64,000 nt of DNA from an uncultured Clostridia bacterium (GTDB lineage: Bacteria; Bacillota; Clostridia; TANB77; CAG-508): contig CANPZF010000004.1 of NCBI GenBank assembly GCA_947589015.1, positions 8,726-72,725 of the forward strand. The letters are read 5' to 3'. Below are positions 34,332-44,396 of this stretch, piece by piece (positions within the stretch are counted from its first letter, which is position 1; every line of letters starts with the position of its first letter). A program made the position numbers and the translations under genes. The notes under the pieces are model-generated. The model ran no database searches. It was not told where the DNA came from and was given only the letters and a program-made list of their open reading frames with translations.

Positions 34332-36218
34332 TTATACTTCTTTTAAACATATTAAGTCAACTCTTATCTTTAAATTCTCAAATATTTCCTTTTCTCTTTG
34401 TGTACATGTAAAAATTATTATTTGTCTGTCATGAAATCTTTTTGACAAATATTTTAAAATATTTTCTAATCTTTCATCATCAAAATAAGCAAAAACCTCA
34501 TCTAAAATTATAGGCATTTTTTCTTCTGATAACTCTTCTACCATAGACAATCGCAATGACAAATATAATTGATCTATTGTTCCTACACTTAATTTATTAG
34601 CTAAAATATAATTTCCATTCTCCAATTCTACAATTAATCCCATTTCATCATTAAATCTTACATTATTATATTTTCCATCTGTTATATTCTCAATAGATTT
34701 AGACATTTCATTAGTAAATTTGGGAGTTACTGTTTTTTTCATTTTTTCATATGCATTATTTAATACTTCTTTAGCTATGTTAATACTTTCATTTAAGTTG
34801 TAAAGTTTTTCTTTGTGTTCCTTATTTTTTGTTAATTCTTCTTCAATACTTGCTAAGTTGTCCAATTTAGGTTCAATATTTTTTTTGTCTAAATCTAATG
34901 TGTGTAATTTTATATTTTTTGAATTTATTTCATGTTGTAATTTATCAATTTCTTCATTTATGTTCTCTAAGCTGTTTATATTTTCATAAGTATTATTACT
35001 TTCTAATCCCATTTTAGAATTAATTTCTTCTATTTCTTTTTCTATTAGTTCATTACTACTTTGTAAAACCTTTTTTTCATTTTCTAAATTTGTTATTTCT
35101 AATTCAACATTTTTTCTGAATTTTATTTCTTGTTTTTTCTCAATTTTTTTCTGTTTATTATTCAAATAACTTTTTATAGAAACTATTATTATATATAAGA
35201 ATAATATAGATATACAAGCTATTTTTATAATTGGCTTTATTTTTACAAATAATAATGCTATATTTAACAAAATTAATATTACACCAATTATAATGTGTAT
35301 TCTAATTGTATTCTTATTGGTATTATTCGTTTTTACCTCTTCTAATTTTTGCTCAATTTCTTTTTGTTTTTTTATTATATCATCTATCTTATTTTGATTT
35401 TCTTGTTTTATATTTTCTTTTAACTTTATTTTTTCTTTTTCTAATCTCTCTTTTTCTTTTTGTTTTTTCATATTGTTTAAAATTATTAATTTATTTTCTG
35501 CCTCAAAAATTTCTTTTTTTATATTATTTTTATTTTCTTCTATATCATATTTTATGTCTTCATATTTTGATAAATCTTCCAATTCTTTTTCCTGTTGTTC
35601 TATATTTCTTTGTAAAATATTAATTGGCTTTTCCCTAGAGCTTTGCGTTCCTATCTCACTTAATTGCTTTCTATTTATTCTATCCATAGCTCTTTTATAT
35701 GATACATTATCTTCTCCAGTGCCAACTATATTAGCTATTTTTTGAACAAATATATTTTGTTCTGCTCTTTCTAATTTAACTTCTTGTTGATTTACAACCA
35801 CAGTAGATAAAAATAAATCTTCATCTACTTTTGTTTGCTCATAAAAAAATTCATTTCCTTTAGATTTGTCTATATTGAAATTTTTGGAAATATCTTCTCC
35901 TTGTTCATTATATATTTTGGGATTCTTTTTTTTAAAGTCTCTATATATCTCAAATTTTTGACCGTCTTCTAAAACATATTCTAATTTTCCTGAAAATTCG
36001 TCACCATTCCATGGCATATATTTATCAAAATTGGAATATTCTCTTCCTTTTTTATTTTTTGAAATGCCATAAAAACAATTTACAATAAAATTTAATAAAG
36101 TAGATTTTCCTGATTCGTTTTCTCCATAAATAATATTTATATTATCTCCTAATTCTATTTCTTTTTCTTTTAGTTTACCATATGAATTGATTTTTAATTT
36201 TTTTATTCTCATATTCAA
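34332..36218 (-). CDS. SbcC/Rad50-like AAA ATPase (YhaN-like) with internal TM hairpin
   Basis: Walker A IYGENESGKSTL, long coiled coils and a C-terminal Walker B (PIILDEVFAYFD). Central hydrophobic stretch IHIIIGVILILLNIALLFVKIKPIIKIACISILFLYIIIVSI. Confidence 0.7.
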   Translation of the reverse strand: MNMRIKKLKINSYGKLKEKEIELGDNINIIYGENESGKSTLLNFIVNCFYGISKNKKGREYSNFDKYMPWNGDEFSGKLEYVLEDGQKFEIYRDFKKKNPKIYNEQGEDISKNFNIDKSKGNEFFYEQTKVDEDLFLSTVVVNQQEVKLERAEQNIFVQKIANIVGTGEDNVSYKRAMDRINRKQLSEIGTQSSREKPINILQRNIEQQEKELEDLSKYEDIKYDIEENKNNIKKEIFEAENKLIILNNMKKQKEKERLEKEKIKLKENIKQENQNKIDDIIKKQKEIEQKLEEVKTNNTNKNTIRIHIIIGVILILLNIALLFVKIKPIIKIACISILFLYIIIVSIKSYLNNKQKKIEKKQEIKFRKNVELEITNLENEKKVLQSSNELIEKEIEEINSKMGLESNNTYENINSLENINEEIDKLQHEINSKNIKLHTLDLDKKNIEPKLDNLASIEEELTKNKEHKEKLYNLNESINIAKEVLNNAYEKMKKTVTPKFTNEMSKSIENITDGKYNNVRFNDEMGLIVELENGNYILANKLSVGTIDQLYLSLRLSMVEELSEEKMPIILDEVFAYFDDERLENILKYLSKRFHDRQIIIFTCTQREKEIFENLKIRVDLICLKEV

Positions 36219-36283
36219 TCACATTCCTTTCACTGGTACAAATCGGTTAGAAAAGAATTGTAATTATCTTTCAACCTTCGCTT

Positions 36284-37387
36284 CTATTCTAGCGCTTCAA
36301 ATCCTATTTCTATTGCTCTTTCGATATTTTCTCTTTCTTTTTCTGAAATATTTTCTTGCTTTAGTCGTTCTATCATCTCCATTGCAAATAGTCCTTTTAA
36401 TGTATTATCATTGGCTATTTTTTTTAAATCATAGTTAATTTTTGTTCTATCTTTTATTTTTATAATTCTATTATTTAGAATTAATTTATACAGTTCTAAA
36501 GTATTGATTTCAAAATTTCTTTTTCCTATTAATAAAATTTTTGCAAACTCATTTTCTTCTATTTGTATTTCATTTAATATTTCTATTAATTCTTCTTTAG
36601 ATAAAATGTTTGTAACATCTATATTCTTTTCTATAAATTTATTTTCTGCTAATGATATAAAGTTTATATTTATATTTGAATTATAAATTTCTCCTTCTAT
36701 CATGCCATGTTCACTTAATTCATCAAATCCTAAAGAAATTGTAGAACTTGGATATAATATATTTTCTATGTTATTTTTATCATAATTTGTCTTATGTATA
36801 TGTCCTAAAGCTACATAATCAAATCCTTTTTCTTTTAATAATTTACTTGAAATAGAGTTATATTGTTTTTCTTCTAAGCTTGCTCCATTTAAAGTTGCAT
36901 GTATTACTAATATATTAGGTTTATTGCTCTTATTTAATTGTATATCTTCAATTCCACATTGTGTACAATAAAAGTCGTCAAAACCATATCCATAAATTAT
37001 GGCATCTTCTGTTTCTACTTTTTCTATTTTGGCATTAAAAATTTTTACATTTTCTGCCCACTCAAATTTATTATAATAAGAATTTTTTATATATGGATCA
37101 TGATTTCCTGGCGCAATAAAAATAAGTGTTTTTGGAATTTCTTTAAATAAATTATTTATATATTCAATTGTAGATTGTTTTACATATTTGTGTTCATATA
37201 AATCTCCAGATATAAATAAATATGGTATATTATTTTCTTTTATATATTCAATTACTTTTTTAAATACTTTTCTTTGTTCTAGCCTTTTTAAATCTCCTAG
37301 AGTCTCTCTGTCTGATAGATTTATAAAAGGACTATCAAAGTGCATATCTGCAATATGTATAAATTTCACTATTTTCACCTCAACCAT
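36284..37387 (-). CDS. metallophosphoesterase DNA-repair exonuclease (SbcD/YhaO-like)
   Basis: FIHIADMHFD, ISGDLYEH, GNHD and GHIH motifs. Upstream partner of the ATPase. Confidence 0.8.
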   Translation of the reverse strand: MVEVKIVKFIHIADMHFDSPFINLSDRETLGDLKRLEQRKVFKKVIEYIKENNIPYLFISGDLYEHKYVKQSTIEYINNLFKEIPKTLIFIAPGNHDPYIKNSYYNKFEWAENVKIFNAKIEKVETEDAIIYGYGFDDFYCTQCGIEDIQLNKSNKPNILVIHATLNGASLEEKQYNSISSKLLKEKGFDYVALGHIHKTNYDKNNIENILYPSSTISLGFDELSEHGMIEGEIYNSNININFISLAENKFIEKNIDVTNILSKEELIEILNEIQIEENEFAKILLIGKRNFEINTLELYKLILNNRIIKIKDRTKINYDLKKIANDNTLKGLFAMEMIERLKQENISEKERENIERAIEIGFEALE

Positions 37388-37453
37388 CTGTTCTGTATTT
37401 TATAATATTTTATCTTATTTTGCAATATTTTTTATTATTTAAATATAAAAAGC

Positions 37454-37610
37454 TGTTACAAGATAATGTTTTAAAAATTAGCTATGAAAATGCTTATATA
37501 TTAATATTTGCAGTCAAGACCCGGATTGTTACACCCCAGATATGTTTTGACAAAATATATTAATATATAAGCATTTTCATAGCTAATTTTTAAAACATTA
37601 TCTTGTAACA
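37454..37610. repeat. long palindromic element, copy A (54-nt perfect arms, 49-nt conserved loop)
   Basis: Left arm 37454-37507 is the exact reverse complement of right arm 37557-37610. Termini are TGTTACAAG...CTTGTAACA. The loop is about 85% identical to copy B. Confidence 0.85.
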
Positions 37611-37656
37611 AAAATCTCAAAAAAACCTAATGAAATTCATTAGGTTTTTAACTTAT

Positions 37657-39715
37657 CTAATTATCTTCTAAAGGTCCAAATAATTCATCAAATTTAGCTT
37701 CTAATTCTTTTTGTAAGTCATATATTTCATCTTCTTCTGTTCTTTTGCTTTTAGTGCCTACTGGTTCTGAATCAAAATCATCTAAATTCAAAAATGTACT
37801 TGGTTCATCTAATTCTGTTTCAATATCTACTTCTTTATGCTTATTAGTTGTTTTCATTGGTTCTGCCTTAGATTGTACTTTTGGTTCTTCTTTTTTTACA
37901 TCTGTATCTTCAAATAAATCATCTAAAGATTCTACTTTTAAGTTTTCTACTTTTTTATCGTCCTTTTCTTCCACATATGGATTATATGGATTGTATTTTC
38001 TCCATGTACCTCTATCTATTTCTCCTATATCATTATGGCTAATTTCTAATGGTGCCATTTTCTTTGCCATAGGATGTTTAAAATAATAGAATTTATTTGC
38101 TTTTACTGGTTTTATACCTTTTTCAAAAATAATACACATATCATTGTCCATTCTACGAAGCTCATCAGGTGTCATTAATGCTCTTGCCATAACTTGGTCT
38201 GAAACACTTTTTCCTGTTTTCCAATTTTGTCTATCTCTATTTATAGAAACACTATCTCTTTCAATTGTTTTTTCGCCTAATGCTTTTGAAAAATACTCTA
38301 CTGTTTTATATGAGTTACTTCCTAAAAATACATGAGTATCGCAGTTACCTATAATAGTTTCATATGATTTTTCATATACTGCTTCTAATTGATCTAAGTT
38401 TTGTAAAATTACACTAAATGATATTTTTCTACTTCTTGATGTTGATATTTTTTTATCAAAATCTGGTATCTTTCCTATATTTGCGAACTCATCTAAAATA
38501 AAGAATGTTTGTTGTTTTAATGCTCCACCATTTTGATCTGCATAATCATATAGTTGTTGAATCATCTGTGAGAAAAATATTGTTAGTAAAAAGTCATATG
38601 CTGTGTGTGTATCTGAAGATATTACATATACTGCTGTTTTTTTATTTCCAATATCATCAAAGTTTATTGTATCTGTTGATGTTAATTCTGCAATTTCTTT
38701 AGAATCAAATTTTCCTAATTTTGATTGTAATGTACTTAAAATAGAACTATATGTTTTTTCAGGTGCTATTTCAATAGATTTATAGTTCATTCTTGCAGGG
38801 TGATCATATGGTAATTTACTCATTAATTCAGTAAGTAAGTTACTTCCCCCATTGCTATTAGCAGCTCTAACTAGTTCTGCACAACTTGCCAAGTTTTGTT
38901 CTTCTTCTGGTCTAGTTGCTATTAAATAATATATTAATGCTTTTAATAACATTTCAGCTGAATCGTCCCAGAATGGGTCTGATTTTCCACCTTCTGCTTG
39001 TTGTCCTTTTACTATTGTGTTTGCAATTACATCTACATCAATCTCTGATGAAATGTGCATTAATGGATTATATCCGTCACTATATTGTGGTCTTACTAAA
39101 TTAAGTACTTTTATTTCATATCCATTACTTTTTAAATATCCTGCCGTTCTATCATACAATTCACCTTTTGGATCTGTAAATACATACGAACCTAACATTT
39201 GATACGCATTTGGTATAGAATATGATGCTGATTTACCAGAACCTGAACCGTCCAACTACTAAAACATTTACGTTTCCTCTTTTATCTACTGGTAAATAGT
39301 TTCCTTCTGCTAATATTATTCCTTTTTTATTACTTAGTATTCTATATTGCTCTCCCTTTTGACTCCAATCACTTGAGCCATGTTCTATATCAGAATATTC
39401 ATTTTTAGGTGCTGACCTTACAAAACCTATGAAGAAAAATACTGAATATATAATTGTAACAATAATTAATGTTGAAAAATATGTTCCTATTGCTCCTTCT
39501 TGAAATATCTTCCCTAATGTTCCAAATGGATTCTGGAATCTATTTAAAAATTCTGAAAAAAACACTGCCATATCAAATTTTCCAGTTGTATTTGCTACAA
39601 AAGATGCATTTGCAATTGGTGAAACAAATACTATGGCTATAAACACCCATAGTATTCCAAATATTATAAAATTTTTTCTATTTCTTTTTATCGCACCTTC
39701 TATTTTATAATTCAT
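37657..39715 (-). CDS. type IV coupling protein (VirD4/TraG/TraD family), split by a 1-nt break at 39248-39250
   Basis: N-terminal ORF has two TM segments and ends ...NVNVLVVGRFRFW*. C-terminal ORF starts ...DGSGSGKSASY and has Walker B FILDEFANIG. Skipping the C of GGA-CGG-TTC restores Walker A VLVVGGSGSGKS. Start chosen at MNYKIEG after an AGGTGG RBS. Confidence 0.8.
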
Positions 39716-39743
39716 AAAAACCACCTATTCTTTTGTAATAAAA

Positions 39744-39899
39744 CTATCTATCACTACCTCTATTCTCGTTTTTACTTTGGCTTAGATTTTTATTGTCTTC
39801 TAAAGGTATCGTCATTCCATTTTCGTCTAGTTCTAATTCATCTCTAAAAGTGTATTTTATTTTATGCTTATCATCTGGCGGCCAAGATAATTTAGCCAT
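39744..39899 (-). CDS. small hypothetical protein (51 aa)
   Basis: RBS GGGAGGG 5 nt before the ATG. MAKLSWPPDDKHKIKYTFRDELELDENG.... Packed tightly between the 186-aa gene and the coupling protein. Not in the ORF track (under 60 aa). Confidence 0.45.
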   Translation of the reverse strand: MAKLSWPPDDKHKIKYTFRDELELDENGMTIPLEDNKNLSQSKNENRGSDR

Positions 39900-39911
39900 A
39901 ACATTCCCTCC

Positions 39912-40472
39912 CTAATCAGTTATTGTTGGGCTTCCACCTAACAAATTAAGTTTATTATCTTCTTCTCTTATTTCAAACACAAAATAAGATTTATAAGGTT
40001 TTAATTCACATTTTCCCTTAACTTCATTTGTTTCTTCATCATAATAAAGTGTTGGTTTTATTTCTTCTGTAGTTTCTGGGTCTATAATAGAAATTGGCCT
40101 CTTCAGATTTGGAGTATAATTTACTTGTCTATATTCACCTGGTTTTTCAGAATAAATTGTGTCAAATTTAAATGGCATTGGTTTTTTTGAAATTTTAACT
40201 TTATCACCATCTAATATTCCATTATTAATAACGACTCTGTCTTTTGTAAAAGATAATATTACTATTTGATTGTCTTTTTCTTGTAGATTGTCCACAAAAA
40301 AAGTCTTCCTAGTCATTTCTCCTCTCAATTCTTCGGTATATTCTAGTCTTTCTACTGTATATTTAGGAGAGTCTTTCAGAAATTCCTTTTCTGTTTTATT
40401 TATTTGATATATTACTGTATTAACATCTTTTGGATCTGTTATGCTAAAGTGCTTTCCTTGTGACATATCCAT
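39912..40472 (-). CDS. hypothetical protein (186 aa)
   Basis: ORF with RBS AGAGGGGTG. No motif recognised. Confidence 0.5.
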   Translation of the reverse strand: MDMSQGKHFSITDPKDVNTVIYQINKTEKEFLKDSPKYTVERLEYTEELRGEMTRKTFFVDNLQEKDNQIVILSFTKDRVVINNGILDGDKVKISKKPMPFKFDTIYSEKPGEYRQVNYTPNLKRPISIIDPETTEEIKPTLYYDEETNEVKGKCELKPYKSYFVFEIREEDNKLNLLGGSPTITD

Positions 40473-40568
40473 TCTTTACACCCCTCTTATATGTTTTAAT
40501 CCATAGCTTATCATTTGTTTACTCTAAATTTAATTATAAACTACTTCTTTATGTTTTGTCAATACACA

Positions 40569-41450
40569 TTATGTAAATTGTTTTCTTGGATTAAAACTTG
40601 ATATTTCATTTAATTTTTCAAATATAACCCTTTCTTGCTTTGTTAGTTGCTTTGGCACCATTACTTTTACTTCTGCAATTAGGTCTCCTCTTCCTCCATT
40701 TGCATCTTTATATCCTTTACCTGGTATTTTAATTTTTTCTCCACTTTGTATTCCTTGTGGTATATATACTTTAGTTTCATCATCTATAGATTTTATACTT
40801 GCTCTTGTGCCTAAAGCTGCTTCCCATGGAGTTAATAATAAGTCTGTATAAATATCATTACCTTGTAACTTAAAGTTTTTATCTTCATTTATACTTATTT
40901 TTATAAGTAAGTCTCCATTTTTTCCTCCGTTCCTTCCTGGTTTACCTTGTCCTATTAATCTGATTTTTTCTCCATCTCTAATTCCAGATGGTATTGTTAC
41001 AGTAAAATTTTTGAGTTTTCCATCCACTGTTTTTAAGGAAATCTTTTTTTCTAGTCCATAAAAGGCTTCATATAAACTTGCATTTATTTGTGTTTCTACA
41101 TTTTCTCCTTTTGTAATTTTAACTTTATTGTCTGTTTGTATATTTTTATCTGTATTTCCTAAAAACATATTCATTATTGTTTTATTAGGCTTTTTTACAT
41201 TAAATACTTTTTGTGTTTTATTTGGATGTTGAGCATTCCATTTTCTGTCATATTTTCTTTTTAATGTTGAATCTGATAGTACTCTATATGCCTCATTTAT
41301 ATCTTTAATTCTTTCTTCTGCTAGTGTATCTCCTATATTTACATCTGGATGGTATTTCTTTGCTGCTGTTCTATATGCTACTTTTATCTCTTCTTCTGAT
41401 ACTCTACTTGTATCTAAATTTAGTATTTTATAATAATCTTTTATTATCAT
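40569..41450 (-). CDS. J-domain protein, CbpA/DnaJ class II-like (no zinc finger)
   Basis: DYYKILNLDTSRVSEEEIKVAYRTAAKKYHPD (HPD motif) plus DnaJ C-terminal domains. Start at MIIKDYY after a GGGAGG RBS. Confidence 0.8.
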   Translation of the reverse strand: MIIKDYYKILNLDTSRVSEEEIKVAYRTAAKKYHPDVNIGDTLAEERIKDINEAYRVLSDSTLKRKYDRKWNAQHPNKTQKVFNVKKPNKTIMNMFLGNTDKNIQTDNKVKITKGENVETQINASLYEAFYGLEKKISLKTVDGKLKNFTVTIPSGIRDGEKIRLIGQGKPGRNGGKNGDLLIKISINEDKNFKLQGNDIYTDLLLTPWEAALGTRASIKSIDDETKVYIPQGIQSGEKIKIPGKGYKDANGGRGDLIAEVKVMVPKQLTKQERVIFEKLNEISSFNPRKQFT

Positions 41451-41577
41451 TTGACATCCTCCCAATAATTAGGTATCTACATTATAACATAACAAAAAAA
41501 AAAATCTATACATTTTATAGATTTTTTTATTGGATAATAGTCAAATATTTGACTATTATCTATTAACGTTTTACTAG

Positions 41578-42591
41578 TTACTGTTGAGATAATTGTATCA
41601 ACCTATTTAACAATTCTTTATATGAAATTCCTACAGCTTCAAATAGTTTTGGATACATACTAATATTTGTAAAACCTGGCAAAGTATTTATTTCATTAGC
41701 ATAAACCTGATTTGTTTCATTTTCTATAAAAAAGTCTACTCTAGAAAGACCTGTTCCATCAATTGCCTTAAATGCTTTTACAGCCAATTTTCTTATTTCT
41801 TCAGATTTTTCTCTTGGAATCTTAGCTGGTATTTCAGTTATAGATGCCTTATTGTTATATTTTGCATCATAGCTGTAAAATTCTTCTGCTGATTTTACCT
41901 CTCCAACACATGATGCAAGAACATCCTCATTTCCTAAAACTGCGCATTCTACCTCTTTTCCTATAATTCCTTCTTCTATTAAAATCTTTTTATCAAATTT
42001 TGATGCCTCTTCTATATATTTTTTTAACTCTTGTTTATTATTTGCCTTATTTACACCTACACTTGAGCCTGAATTAGATGGTTTTACAAACATTGGATAT
42101 TTTAGTTTTTCTTGCACTTTATCAATAATTTCCTCTAATTCTAAAAGATGTTCTTCAAAATTATCTTCTACAAAAACATATCCTTTTTCAATTTTTTTGA
42201 TATACTGATATTTTGCCTGTTTAATTCCTGCTTTTTCAAATAATATTTTTGTATAAACTTTATCCATTCCAACACTAGATGCTAATACTTTACATCCAAC
42301 ATATGGTATTTTTAGCATTTCTAATAATCCTTGTATAGTACCATCTTCTCCATATAATCCATGTAATACAGGAAATATTACATCCATATTTTTTATGTAT
42401 TCTACAATATTTTCTATCTCTTCATTTTCTTCTTCACTATTATACCATTTTGCATTTTTGCTTATATATATTGGAAAGATTTCATATCTATTAATATCTA
42501 AATTTTCAATTACTGATTTTGCAGACATAATAGATACTTCATTTTCTGTTGACATTCCTCCATATATAACTCCTATTTTTAATTTATTCAT
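41578..42591 (-). CDS. ddl: D-alanine--D-alanine ligase
   Basis: ATP-grasp protein: MFVKPSNSGSSVGV, INTLPGFT, N-terminus IGVIYGGMSTENEVS. Confidence 0.9.
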   Translation of the reverse strand: MNKLKIGVIYGGMSTENEVSIMSAKSVIENLDINRYEIFPIYISKNAKWYNSEEENEEIENIVEYIKNMDVIFPVLHGLYGEDGTIQGLLEMLKIPYVGCKVLASSVGMDKVYTKILFEKAGIKQAKYQYIKKIEKGYVFVEDNFEEHLLELEEIIDKVQEKLKYPMFVKPSNSGSSVGVNKANNKQELKKYIEEASKFDKKILIEEGIIGKEVECAVLGNEDVLASCVGEVKSAEEFYSYDAKYNNKASITEIPAKIPREKSEEIRKLAVKAFKAIDGTGLSRVDFFIENETNQVYANEINTLPGFTNISMYPKLFEAVGISYKELLNRLIQLSQQ

Positions 42592-42593
42592 AG

Positions 42594-43997
42594 CTATTCT
42601 CCCCTTAATTGTCTTTTCTTAAATTCTTCTACTAAATCAAAAAATTTCATTCCATTTGAAGCTTTCCATAAGATAACATCTCCTGGTTTTTTTATTTTTT
42701 CTATTAATTCTATTACGTCTTCTTTTCTATTAAAATAATATATAGCATTTTTATCCATTCCATGTCTTTTAGCCGATTCTGCTATATATTTAGCATTTTC
42801 TCCGCTTGTTACTAATATGTCTATTTTATTGTTTACCACCTCTATTCCTACTTTTTCATGTAGCTCTTTTGCATAATCTCCTAGTTCGAACATATCTCCT
42901 AAAACTGCTATTTTTCTAGTGTCATAATTGGTTAAATTTTTTAAACTTGCTTGCATCGATTCAAAACTTGCATTATATGTATCATTTATAATTTTAATAT
43001 TATTAGGTAAAACTTCTATATCCATTCTTTTTTTAGTTAATTCAAAACTTTCTATTCCTTTTTGTACTTGCTCTTTAGAAAGTTGTAAACATTTTCCTAC
43101 TAGAATTGCACACATACTGTTTAAAATAAAGTGTTCTCCTGCTACTGGAACTTTTACTTTTATTTTTTGGTTGTCATATATGCATGAAAATTCACTGCTC
43201 TCTTCACTTAATATTATATTTTCTGCATTTATATCACTTTTTTCTTGTATTCCATATGTTTTTATATTTCTCTTGCTTTCATTTTGTTTATACCATTTAT
43301 GTAATAAATCATTATCATTATTAACTATTATTGTAGCTTTTTCGTTTCCTTCTAGTATTTCTAATTTTGCTTTTAAAATGTTTTCTCGTGAGCCTAAATT
43401 TCCTATATGTGAAGTTCCTATATTTGTAATTATACATATATCTGGTTTTGCTATTTTAGATAGTAAACTTATTTCTCCTAGATGATTCATTCCCATTTCT
43501 AATACCATTGCTTCATGGTCTTCTAAATTTAATATAGTAAAAGGTAATCCTATATTATTATTATTATTGCCTTGTGTTTTTAATGTCTTATATTTTTGTG
43601 AAACTACATTTGCCACCATGTCTTTTGTGCTTGTTTTTCCTACACTTCCAGTGATTGCAATGACTGGTATTTTGTAAAAATTTCTTTTTAATATTGCTAT
43701 TTCATATAATGCTTCTAGTGTATTTTTGACTTTTATTATTGTTTTGTCTTGTAATTGTTCTATTTCTTTTTTGTCTATTTCTATATCTTGTATTATTACA
43801 CATGATGCTCCTTTTTCTATTGCTTCTTTCCAAAATATGCTTCCATTAAAGTTTTCTCCTTTTATTCCTATATATGTATCACCTTTCTCTATAGTTCTTG
43901 TGTCTTTTGAAAATTTTTTACATTCTTGTTCTTCGTTTCCAGTTATTAGTTGCCCTTTTGTTGCTTCTAGAATTTTTTTTACTGTTAGCTGTTCCAT
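42594..43997 (-). CDS. murF: UDP-N-acetylmuramoyl-tripeptide--D-alanyl-D-alanine ligase
   Basis: Mur ligase P-loop ITGSVGKTSTKDM. Adjacent to ddl. Confidence 0.85.
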   Translation of the reverse strand: MEQLTVKKILEATKGQLITGNEEQECKKFSKDTRTIEKGDTYIGIKGENFNGSIFWKEAIEKGASCVIIQDIEIDKKEIEQLQDKTIIKVKNTLEALYEIAILKRNFYKIPVIAITGSVGKTSTKDMVANVVSQKYKTLKTQGNNNNNIGLPFTILNLEDHEAMVLEMGMNHLGEISLLSKIAKPDICIITNIGTSHIGNLGSRENILKAKLEILEGNEKATIIVNNDNDLLHKWYKQNESKRNIKTYGIQEKSDINAENIILSEESSEFSCIYDNQKIKVKVPVAGEHFILNSMCAILVGKCLQLSKEQVQKGIESFELTKKRMDIEVLPNNIKIINDTYNASFESMQASLKNLTNYDTRKIAVLGDMFELGDYAKELHEKVGIEVVNNKIDILVTSGENAKYIAESAKRHGMDKNAIYYFNRKEDVIELIEKIKKPGDVILWKASNGMKFFDLVEEFKKRQLRGE

Positions 43998-44396
43998 TTT
44001 TTATTCCTCCCTTTCCTATTTGCTTAAATCATATATAGAAATTAAAAATTACTTTTTTTATTTGTTTGGTTCTTTTTGAAACTTTTTATAGATTATATGT
44101 TTATTTCACAAATTTTGCAACTAATTTTACTTAAATCATTCAACCCTTTCATTGTTTATTCGCCATTTCAGAATTCTACAGTTTCACGCTTTCGCATTGT
44201 GGCTCGTTTGTTCTCTTGTCTACACTTACTTTTGATATTACTGCTTCAAAACCAAGACTCGATACTGGCTGTTGGTTAGACTTTACCAGGTAGAATTTCC
44301 TCCTACTATATGGTATTAGCTTAAATCACCAAAATGTTCCATTTTGGCTATAAAATTTTGAAAGAGTTCTCACTTCGTTCGAACTCTTTCAAAATT

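Noticed and set aside
37454-37610. The long hairpin elements as integron attC sites or plain terminators.
   Set aside because: - The core order is wrong for attC: GTTAC is at the left end and GTAAC at the right.
- No integrase is present.
- The arms are about 54 nt and the large loop is conserved, which goes far beyond what a terminator needs. They may still terminate transcription incidentally.
44000-44330. A T-box or other known riboswitch upstream of murF.
   Set aside because: I could not find a T-box sequence, a specifier-loop context or any riboswitch core I know. It is reported only as an unassigned structured segment.
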